Source: Octopus sinensis (Eukaryota). Taken from it: DNA of 64,000 bases. Of the stretch, positions 1 to 7,878 are shown in pieces. The stretch is from positions 52,266,001-52,330,000 of the forward strand of contig NC_043010.1 in the NCBI RefSeq assembly GCF_006345805.1, given 5' to 3'. Positions within the stretch are counted from its first letter, which is position 1, and each line of letters begins with the position of its first letter. The translations under genes and the position numbers were made by a program. Below the pieces are notes generated by a model that was given only the letters and a program-made list of their open reading frames with translations, ran no database searches and was not told the DNA's origin.

Positions 1-82
1 GCAATGTGGTTACTTTCGTTACTAACCATTCTGAAGTGCACATTATATATAATGGATGGATGTATGTATACGAGGCCATGCA

Positions 83-212
83 CGACGGGCTCCACAGCTT
101 CTGTCGATTAAATTTACTTCCAAGGATCGAGTCGGCCTGATTCTAATAGATGACGCTTGCTAAAGGCACTGCACATTGAGGACTGCACCTGAAACCGTCT
201 GGTTGAGAATAC
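83..212 (-). mobile_element. Highly diverged 5' half of the tRNA-derived SINE family 1
   Basis: cgacgggctccacagcttctgtcga...ggcactgcacattgaggactgcacctgaaaccgtctggttg aligns by eye with the minus-strand SINE at 4290-4423, with many substitutions. Confidence 0.5.
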
Positions 213-459
213 TCTTTATATAAAGATTAGAAATGGGAAAAAAACTCCTACGTCTTGCTTGAACACCTGATGTAAGCCATCACGAAAATCAAAACAAGGG
301 AGGCCACTCTTATTTTTTATTTGAAAGAGTAATAGTAATGATTAATTCCCTTGCCGAAATGTACCGCGCAAAAAGAAAAAGATAACAAAAACAAATACCA
401 CTAAGTTATGCAAGGGAGACAATTAGTATTATTGTTATGTGAACCTCCTCTTGGAATAG

Positions 460-669
460 GAAGACGCAGGCTGGAAAGCGGAGCATTTTCCAATCGAAGT
501 TGGATGTAGAGGGTTTATTGGACACAGTGTGAGACGACTGTTGTTATCGTTAGGCCTAACACATCGTAAAGTCAATACTACTATGACCGATATCCAAACA
601 ACAGTGGAAAAGGCTAGCCACTGGATTTGGTTAAAAAGAGACGATGAGCGATGGCCAGAAGAGTATTGA
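460..669 (+). pseudogene. 3'-terminal fragment of a restriction-like-endonuclease (RLE) non-LTR retrotransposon ORF, HERO-like
   Basis: Frame +1 reads EDAGWKAEHFPIEVGCRGFIGHSVRRLLLSLGLTHRKVNTTMTDIQTTVEKASHWIWLKRDDERWPEEY*. GW.A...P(I/V)EVGCRGF and E.AS.W.WLKR are motifs I recognise from the C-terminus of HERO-type elements. In-frame TAG at 457-459 and no upstream ORF, so it is 5'-truncated. Missed by the ORF track. Confidence 0.65.
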
Positions 670-710
670 ACTGTATTTAATAACCAGTTGATCTAGCAAA
701 CGGGGCTTCA

Positions 711-1151
711 GGATCTTTTCGGTTTGACCGGCAGTTTTTTAAAATAATTTCCACGTAACTAAACACTTTTAAACCTCGTATACTGGTAGAATGTGTTTAT
801 AAAACATCTTTTTCTCTTGGTTTTATTGAGAAAATTCTATAGTTTGTAAGATATTTGTTATTTTTTCTTCTTCAATTTCTGCAATTTCAACCAATCAATG
901 ACGTCTATTTGAGGTGAAAACATTCTGTGCCGTATGAATATGTCCCTCGTTTAAGAAACAAATTGGGTTTATTTACATTTCTGAAGAAAAAAAAGATATC
1001 CTTCCCCCCACCCCCACCCCCACCCCACCCCTAACCCTAACTAACCCTAAAACAGATTGAAATGCAATCGATCAATACTAGGGTCATAATTATGGATGAC
1101 AATTTCATATGACACCGCTAGAAAAAACTGCCGTTCAAACCGAAAAGATCC
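711..1151. mobile_element. MITE (441 bp) with 30-bp TIRs and an 8-bp TSD; internal CCCCA/CCCTAA repeats
   Basis: Left ggatcttttcggtttgaccggcagtttttt (711-740) is the reverse complement of aaaaaactgccgttcaaaccgaaaagatcc (1122-1151) with 1 mismatch. Flanks are gggcttca (703-710) and gggcctca (1152-1159). Confidence 0.85.
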
Positions 1152-1542
1152 GGGCCTCATATTAGTGAGGTGTGCATTGATGCCGTCAAGAGGTAGGCCC
1201 CGAAACGGCGTGTATTCACTCCTGATGACCCCATACATTTGCTGGCTTCCGGTATGCGGGGTTCTCGACTGGTAGCACTTGCATGTGCAAGTTCTTCGCA
1301 AAGCATCTAACATTGTTTACCGAATCCTTTTGTACTTAACTCCGATTTCCCCCATTTTAAGCGGTTGCAACGTTATCAGCATTATAAATGGATTGTTCTG
1401 GAACTGAATATATTAAAGGTTAGCAAAGCAGATACATGTATGGCCAGCGAGGAATTTGGAAATGTTAGTAGAAAATCATAGGACAACATGATAATGTTAT
1501 AAAAAAATGTGTCCAGTTTACTCAAATATTTATTTTCGAAAG

Positions 1543-1748
1543 CAGTAATTTCTCGACTATCGCGGGTGTTACGTTCCAAAACCTCCCACAAGAATAATTC
1601 AAATCTAAAAAAATATAAATACCATTCGGCCTCAGAAACCCGTAATATACTGAGAATTCCGCGATATAAATTTATATATATTAGCCAGAAAATTCCACGA
1701 TGTACTGAATGCGCGATAGGTGAACCGCGATATAGCGAGGGATTGATG
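1543..1748. mobile_element. Degenerate Tc1/mariner (pogo/Tigger-like) MITE
   Basis: cagtaatttctcgactatcgcgg at the left and ccgcgatatagcgagggattgatg at the right are imperfect inverted repeats. A cleaner right TIR of the same type (cgcgataatcgagggattactg-TA) lies at 61467-61490. TA TSDs are not intact here. Confidence 0.45.
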
Positions 1749-2026
1749 TCTATAAAAAAAAAACAAAAACAGGACATGAAATATAAATAAAAACAACAGT
1801 AAAAATATTTAAAATGTAAATAAATAAATTGATTTAAAATAAATTTAAAATATAAATAAAAACAATCTAAATAAGAACAACAATAAAAAATAGGTTGATT
1901 GTTATGTCTGGCCTGAAAGCAACCTTTGGCCATTTGAGTTGAAGAGTCACCCATACGACTAAGCGCTTTATAGATGCGAAACCAAATCAATGGTCACTCT
2001 GATCGGCCATAAAAATCAACCTCCTA

Positions 2027-2040
2027 CTCTCTTTCTCTCC

Positions 2041-2119
<79 letters not shown>
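2027..2119. repeat. (CT)n(AT)n compound microsatellite
   Basis: Direct read. Confidence 0.95.
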
Positions 2120-2122
<3 letters not shown>

Positions 2123-2623
2123 ATATATATAAAACTGTAGTTGTGTGAGTGTCTGTCCCCTTCGATTTAGATTCCTAACTCCTCCCACATTTTGCGGTGC
2201 AGTTTAACCAAATTCGGTATCTTATAGTCGTGATTCATATCGAGCCCGTCTGACTATTAGCGCGCGTCAACGATGAGTCTACGATTTTAAAAATAATTTA
2301 ACATCATTTTTTATTCCATTTTAATGCATAAAATGCATCGTGTGTCGATGGCGGCGGAGTTGGCGTCCACGCTCACACCTGCACCTGTTTGCTTCTCCCC
2401 CTTCTTCCCTCCCTCGTGAAGCTGTGGGGAAGGGAGTGTAAAGAAATCAACGTCGTAATGCGCTGTGAAGGAGACCAGCGTTCTTTTAGAACAACGACTT
2501 CATGGCTTGAAGACAAACAAAAATGGCTAAGAAAGCCCGAATTTATAAGGGAAGTAACTCTCTAAAAATGCTTATATAGTTATTTCCCTTACAAATCCGA
2601 GCAACGCCGGGCGATACTGCTAG
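2120..2623 (+). mobile_element. Non-autonomous Helitron, copy 1 of a tandem dimer
   Basis: Starts A|TCTATATATATAAAAC and ends with the GC hairpin ccgagcaacgccggg followed by ...gatactgCTAG. Confidence 0.75.
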
Positions 2624-3126
2624 TCTATATATATAAAACTCTAGTTGTGTGAGTGTCTGTCCCCTTCGATTTAGATTCCTAACTCCTCCCACATTTTGCG
2701 GTGCAATTTAACCAAATTCGGTTATCTTATAGTCGTGATTCATATCGAGCCCGTCTGACTATTAGCGCGCGTCAACGATGAGTCTACGATTTTAAAAATA
2801 ATTTAACATCATTTTTTATTCCATTTTAATGCATAAAATGCATCGTGTGTCGATGGCGGCGGAGTTGGCGTCCACGCTCACAGCTGCACCTGTTGCTTCT
2901 CCCCCTTCCCTCCCTCGTGAAGCTGTGGGGAAGGGAGTGTAAAGAAATCAACGTATAATGCGTTGTGAAGGAACCAGCGTTCTTTTAGAACAACGACTTC
3001 ATGGCTTGAAGACACCAAAACAAAAATGGCTAAGAAAGCCCGAATTTATAAGGGAAGTAACTCTCTAAAAATGCTTATATAGTTATTTCCCTTACAAACC
3101 CGAGCAACGCCGGGCGATACTGCTAG
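2624..3126 (+). mobile_element. Non-autonomous Helitron, copy 2 of a tandem dimer
   Basis: Begins TC immediately after the CTAG of copy 1, is nearly identical to copy 1, and ends cccgagcaacgccggg...CTAG|T. Confidence 0.75.
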
Positions 3127-3158
<32 letters not shown>

Positions 3159-3334
3159 ATACATATATTATAGACATATATATATATACATATATATATA
3201 TACATATATATTATATATACATATATATATATACTATATATCATATATATATATATATACATATATATATTATATATATATATATACAATATATATAACA
3301 TATATATATACATAATATATATATATATATATAT

Positions 3335-3371
<37 letters not shown>

Positions 3372-3375
3372 ATAT
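3127..3375. repeat. Interrupted (AT)n microsatellite
   Basis: Direct read. Confidence 0.95.
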
Positions 3376-3384
3376 ACATATTTA

Positions 3385-3568
3385 CGTTTCAGTCATTTGA
3401 ATGTGGCCATGATGGAGCACCGCCTTTAGTCGAGCGAATCGACCCCAGGACTTATTCTATCGGTCTCTTTTGTCGACCCGCCAAGTTACGGGGACGTAAA
3501 TACACCAGCATCGATGGTCAAGCGATGTTGGGGGGACAAACACAGACACACACGCACACACACACACA
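3385..3568 (-). mobile_element. SINE family 1, 3' half
   Basis: gtttcagtcatttga..ggccatgatggagcaccgcc...cacagacac is the reverse complement of the 3' half of the full copy at 6612-7040. Confidence 0.85.
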
Positions 3569-3570
3569 TT

Positions 3571-3769
3571 TAGAAATGACCACTAAAGGGACATCTTTAT
3601 GCTAAACATAGACGTCAAATCGCCATTACCACGAAGAATGTGTTCTCAAGAAAAATCTCAGCTTTGGTTTTTTGCTGAGATTTTTGTTGAGAACACATTC
3701 TTCGTGGTAATGGCAATTTGACGTCTATGTTTAGCATAAAGGATGTCCACTTTAGTGGTCATTCCTCTA
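3571..3769. mobile_element. Fold-back (hairpin) MITE, ~90-bp arms
   Basis: aatgaccactaaagggacatc...aaaatctcagc pairs almost perfectly with gctgagattttt...ctttagtggtcatt around a ~12-nt loop. Confidence 0.8.
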
Positions 3770-3775
3770 AATTTT

Positions 3776-3852
3776 GTATATATATGCATGCACACACACA
3801 CACACAGGCACACACACACACACACACACACACACACCACACACACACTCAC
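3776..3852. repeat. (TA)n/(CA)n microsatellite
   Basis: Direct read. Confidence 0.9.
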
Positions 3853-3879
3853 AATTCAAATTTACAGAAAATAAAAGAC

Positions 3880-3990
3880 TAGGACAGGTGAAGGAACAAC
3901 AAATAGGTAAATTATTTTGATGCTCAGGAAAAACGGAAAAGACTTTTACGTTTCGAGCCTACGCTCGTCGACGGAAAGGATTACGAGGAG
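3880..3990 (-). mobile_element. Probable Penelope-like element terminal fragment with a hammerhead-like motif
   Basis: Minus strand reads ctttccgtcgac-GAGC-gtag-GCTC-GAAAC-GTA-aaag, the architecture of minimal PLE hammerheads. No RT ORF nearby. Confidence 0.4.
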
Positions 3991-4030
3991 GTGGGGGACG
4001 GACAGAGGAAAAATGCGTTGGGCTTAACGG

Positions 4031-4075
<45 letters not shown>

Positions 4076-4095
4076 TAAATATATATATATATATA

Positions 4096-4423
4096 TTGAC
4101 TGCGGCCATGCTGGAGCACCACCTTTAATCGAAGAATCGACCCCAGGACTTGTAATCCTAGTACTTATTCCATCGGTCGCTTTTTGCCGAACCACTAAGT
4201 TACGGGGACGTAAACACACCAGCATCGGCTGTCAAGCAGTGGTGGGGGTCAAACACAGAAACATATACATACATATACATATATACGACGGGCTTCTTTC
4301 AGTTTCCGTCTACCATATGCACTCACAAGTATTTAGTCGGCTCAAGGCTATAGCAGAAGACACTTACCGAAGGTGCCACGCAGTGAGACTGAACCCGGAA
4401 CCATCTGGTTGGGAAGAAAGCTA
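4096..4423 (-). mobile_element. SINE family 1, near full length
   Basis: Contains both halves separated by the internal (TA/CA)n tract. The tRNA-like head (gtgagactgaacccggaacc = reverse complement of the B-box region) is at 4380-4420. Confidence 0.85.
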
Positions 4424-4429
4424 CGCCTG

Positions 4430-4555
4430 CGCCTGTCTGCCATGTATGTGGAGAGCAGGCAGATGGGAGGTGACTACTTTCAAGCACCGAAACTGTATCA
4501 CTGTCATGATTCGCGGTGAACTTAATTATTTTTCTGTTGTAAAAATCATATGTAA
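4430..4555 (+). repeat. Unclassified dispersed repeat, copy 1 (copy 2 at 5985-6135)
   Basis: gtctgccatgt...gggaggtgac.actttca and ccgaaactgt.tcactgtcatgattcgcggtgaacttaattattttt are shared by both loci. Confidence 0.7.
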
Positions 4556-4562
4556 CCACATG

Positions 4563-4740
4563 TGAATCGTTGGTGATTTTCTTCCTCCGTCTTCCTTTCT
4601 ATTGGATTTGTCTATGTTTCTGAAGAAGACCGTTGCTCGAAATGTTTAACCATCTTTCCTTCCTTCCCTGTGCGTCTGCTAATACTTTACATGTACCACG
4701 TCCTCGCGTTGTTGTTTTTTTTTTGGGTTTGTTGTGCTTT
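4563..4740 (+). mobile_element. Probable Penelope-like element terminal fragment with a decayed hammerhead-like motif
   Basis: CTGAAGAAgaccgttgctcGAAAtgtt at 4620-4646. Confidence 0.4.
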
Positions 4741-4750
4741 TGTTTGGATT

Positions 4751-4798
<48 letters not shown>

Positions 4799-4915
4799 CT
4801 TTTAAAATAATAAGGGTGAAGATTGAATATTAATTTGTTTAATATCAATTTAAAACCAGTGGTCTAGCATATAGAAAAATCTGAAGATTCAGAAAAATCC
4901 TATTACATACATATA

Positions 4916-5183
4916 AGTGGGATGACCACTAAGTGGACAGCCATTATGCTAGAGGTCGACCCCATATGGTCTTACCACTAAGAAAGGAATGTTCTCCAGA
5001 AAATTTTGCAAACGCCAGAACGTAAGCGAGCGTGGCAATGTATATTTTGTATCTTTTCATTTGTCTTGCTCGCTTACGTTCTGGCGTTTGCTAAATTTTC
5101 TTGAGAACATTCCTTTCTTAGTGCTAAGACCACAGGAGGTCGACCATTAGCATAATGGATGCCCACTTAGTGGTCACCCCTCT
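4916..5183. mobile_element. Fold-back MITE with TA TSD, related to 3571-3769
   Basis: TA|agtgggatgaccactaagtggac...gcccacttagtggtcacccctct|TA, with ~115-bp arms (to gcaaacgccagaacgtaagcgagc / gctcgcttacgttctggcgtttgc). The termini share TGACCACTAA.(G/T)GGAC with the 3571 element. Confidence 0.85.
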
Positions 5184-5193
5184 TATATATATA

Positions 5194-5257
<64 letters not shown>

Positions 5258-5559
5258 TTCTTTTATTCTTTTACTTGTTTCAGTCGTTTGACTGCGGCCA
5301 TGCTGGAGCACCGCTTCTAGTCGAGCAAATCAACCCTAGGACTTATTCTTTGTAAGCCTAGTACTTATTTTATCAGTTTGTTTTGTCGAACCGCTAAGTT
5401 ACGGGAACGTAAACACACCAGTATCGGTTGTCAAGTGATGTTGGGAGGAGAAACAGACACACAAACATATACACATACATACATATATACATATATACAT
5501 ATATACATATATATATATATACATATATGACAGGCTTCTTCCAGTTTCTGTTTACCAAT
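5258..5559 (-). mobile_element. SINE family 1, 5'-truncated
   Basis: Tail ttcttttattcttttacttgtttcagtc followed by the 3' half and the internal microsatellite. Confidence 0.8.
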
Positions 5560-5639
5560 ATGCTACGGGCTTACACGCAAACACAAACACATACACATGT
5601 ATATACGTATTTGTTTTTTGAGTCCGTTCGTCCCCACAG

Positions 5640-5830
5640 CCCGTCACTTGTTAGCCGGTGTTGGTTTGTTTACGTCGGCGAAAGTTAGCGATTCAGTAAA
5701 AGAGATTGACAAAATACGTACACGGCTTAAAATAATAATAATAATAAAAAGAACTGGAGATGGAACTGTCCGGCGTAAAATCCTTGTAGGTGATGTCCCA
5801 GGGCGGCCGCAGTCCAATGACTGCAACCAA
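5640..5830 (+). mobile_element. Divergent subfamily of SINE family 1, 3' half
   Basis: ccggtgttggtttgtttacgtc...ttagcgattcagtaaaagagattgacaaaatacgtac...ggccgcagtccaatgactgcaacc parallels the family-1 3' half. Confidence 0.6.
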
Positions 5831-5984
5831 TAAAAGAATCTTTCATTTGTATTACAAAGTGTTCGGATCCAAGGGAGATTACTCTACATGGCTTAGTCTT
5901 CAATGTTTTAATCTCAAATTGCATTACAGAAATTTCAGTGTTGGATAATTTGCTGTTTATATTTATTTCATTGGATTGGACAGT

Positions 5985-6135
5985 CCCCCGTCTGCCATGT
6001 GTTTGGAGAGCGGGAAAATGGGAGGTGACGACTTTCACGCCTTTCTCTAGGAGTGTTAATGGCTTCAACTAGGGACCGAAACTGTGTCACTGTCATGATT
6101 CGCGGTGAACTTAATTATTTTTCTGCTGTAGAAAT
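5985..6135 (+). repeat. Unclassified dispersed repeat, copy 2
   Basis: See 4430-4555. Confidence 0.7.
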
Positions 6136-6495
6136 TATATCTAATTTCGTAACTGCAATAAAAAAATAATGGCCGAAATGCCACTCACACACATGTCGCG
6201 CGCGCGTTAACATAAATGTTACCTTGTTAAAGTTACTGAAAAATTCTACTGGATGCAAGGGAAGCTACTCTGAGACGACTATGTGCAAAGTCTATTTTCC
6301 TTGGAGAGCCAATGACTATGGACAATTTGGTACCGGGTCGGACAGAAAGACTAAATTTTAAAATTTTATTTCTATTTTATTGACTATCACAGTCTGTAGG
6401 GTATTTTTGCTTTATTTATGTATTATGTATTATATTTTGTTTTTGGATTTGGTCTGCAAGATTCTTTATGTGAGTTCGTGTGGTTAAGCATATTC

Positions 6496-6558
6496 TGTTG
6501 TGTCTGGGGAGAGCCATTTTCTTTTAGTGCCTTATTATTTAACACTCACCGGTAAAAT
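6496..6558. repeat. Left arm of a 63-bp inverted repeat (right arm 7046-7110)
   Basis: tgttgtgtctggggagagccattttcttttagtgccttattatttaacactcaccggtaaaat versus attttaccggtgagtgtgttaaattataaggcactaaaagagaatgactttccccagacacaaca. Confidence 0.85.
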
Positions 6559-6611
6559 TTTCGAAGCAACGAAAATTTTGCAAAAATAAATAAGTAAATA
6601 AGTAAATAGAC

Positions 6612-7040
6612 GCAGGAGTGGTTGTGTGGTAAGTAGCTTGCTAACCAACCACATGGTTCCGGGTTCAGTCCCACTGCGTGGCATCTTGGGCAAGTGTCTT
6701 CTGCTATAGCCTCAGACCGACCAAAGCCTTGCAAGTGGAGTTGGTAGACGGAAACTGAAAGAAGCCCGTCGTATATACGTATATATATATATGTGTGTGT
6801 GTGTATGTGTTTGTGTGTCTGTGTTTGTCTCCATAGCATTGCTTGACAACCGATGCTGGTGTGTTTACGTCCCCGTCACTTAGCGGTTCGGCAAAAGAGA
6901 CCGATAGAATAAGTACTGGGCTTACAAAGAATAAGTCCCGGAGTCGATTTGCTCGACTAAAAGGCGGTGCTCCAGCATGGCCGCAGTCAAATGACTGAAA
7001 CAAGTAAAAGAGTAAGAGTAAAAGAGTAAGAGTAAAAGAG
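6612..7040 (+). mobile_element. Full-length tRNA-derived SINE family 1 (octopus-type)
   Basis: A-box-like tggttgtgtgg, B-box-like ggttcagtccc, internal (TA)n(TG)n tract, conserved 3' block ggcggtgctccagcatggccgcagtc, and a (GAGTAA[AA])n tail. Confidence 0.9.
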
Positions 7041-7045
7041 TGGAC

Positions 7046-7110
7046 ATTTTACCGGTGAGTGTGTTAAATTATAAGGCACTAAAAGAGAATGACTTTCCCC
7101 AGACACAACA
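7046..7110. repeat. Right arm of the inverted repeat pairing with 6496-6558
   Basis: See the left arm. Confidence 0.85.
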
Positions 7111-7122
7111 TGATGTATTATA

Positions 7123-7320
7123 TTCTTTTCTACTCTAGGCACAAGGCCCGAAATTTTTGGGGAGCGGGCCAGTCGATTAGATCGACCCCAGTACGCAACC
7201 GGTACTTAATTTATCGACCCTGAAAAGATGAAAGGTAAAATCGACCTCGGCGGAATTTGAACTCAGAATGTAAAGACAGACGAAATACCGCTAAGCATTT
7301 TCCCGGCGTGCTAACGTTTC
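7123..7320 (-). mobile_element. SINE family 2 (tRNA head + Nin/Deu-like core), tail type a
   Basis: Minus strand has B-box gagttcaaattcc, core tttcatc..ggggtcgataaattaagtacc, and tail gggccttgtgcctagagtagaaaagaa. Confidence 0.8.
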
Positions 7321-7508
7321 TTATTTTTTTGTTGCCCACAAGGGGCTAAACATAGAGGGGATAAATAAGGACAGGCAAAGGGATTAAGTCGATTACATGT
7401 ACACCAGTGCGTAACTGGTACTTAATTTATCGACCCCGAATGGATGAAAGGCAAAGTCGAGCTCGGCGGAATTTGAACTCAGAACGTAGCGGCAGATGAA
7501 ATACCTAT
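7321..7508 (-). mobile_element. SINE family 2, tail type b, head truncated
   Basis: Same head and core as 7123-7320 but the tail is ...cctctatgtttagccccttgtgggcaac. Confidence 0.8.
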
Positions 7509-7727
7509 TTCTTTACTACCCACAAGGGGCTAAACACAGAGGAGGACAAACAAGGACATACAAACGGATTAAGTCGATTATATTGACATCAGTGCGTAAC
7601 TGGTACTTATTTAATCGAGCCCGAAAGGATGAAATGCAAAGTCGACCAAGGCGGAATTTGAGCTCAGAACGTAGCGGCAGAGGAAATACCACTAAACATT
7701 TCGCCCGGCGTGCAAACGTTTCTGCCA
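7509..7727 (-). mobile_element. SINE family 2, tail type b, near full length
   Basis: ggcagaaacgtttgcacgccgggcgaaatg head, core, and tail ...ctctgtgtttagccccttgtgggtagtaaag. Confidence 0.8.
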
Positions 7728-7778
7728 GGTTACCGTCCTCAGAATGTATTATATTATTTTATTCATTTACACGTTTCA

Positions 7779-7878
7779 NNNNNNNNNNNNNNNNNNNNNN
7801 NNNNNNNNNNNNNNNNNNNNNNNNNNNNNNNNNNNNNNNNNNNNNNNNNNNNNNNNNNNNNNNNNNNNNNNNNNNNNN
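7779..7878. other. Scaffold gap (exactly 100 N)
   Basis: Round-number N run. True adjacency and distance between the left flank and the satellite array are unverified. Confidence 0.98.

Noticed and set aside
441-462. Pyrimidine tract plus AG before the 460-669 frame as a splice acceptor of a host exon
   Set aside because: The peptide looks retrotransposon-derived and no upstream exon is evident. It cannot be excluded without RNA-seq.
1030-1050. CCCTAA repeats as a telomere or chromosome-fusion relic
   Set aside because: Only ~3 imperfect units, and they lie inside a MITE bounded by TIRs and a TSD.
1175-1240. tgatg...ccgaaac...ctgatga resembling a hammerhead ribozyme
   Set aside because: Stem II cannot pair (cccc on both sides) and stem I is too short in either permutation.
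6612-6690. tRNA-like sequence with A and B boxes (also at 36300, 40037, 59522 and 62774)
   Set aside because: It is a SINE head continuing into a conserved body and tail; no complete cloverleaf or acceptor stem, so it is not called a tRNA gene.
1047-7003. Short ORFs such as the 202-aa 1382..1990 and the YIYI-rich ORFs
   Set aside because: They overlap MITEs, SINEs and microsatellites, with no recognisable protein motif.
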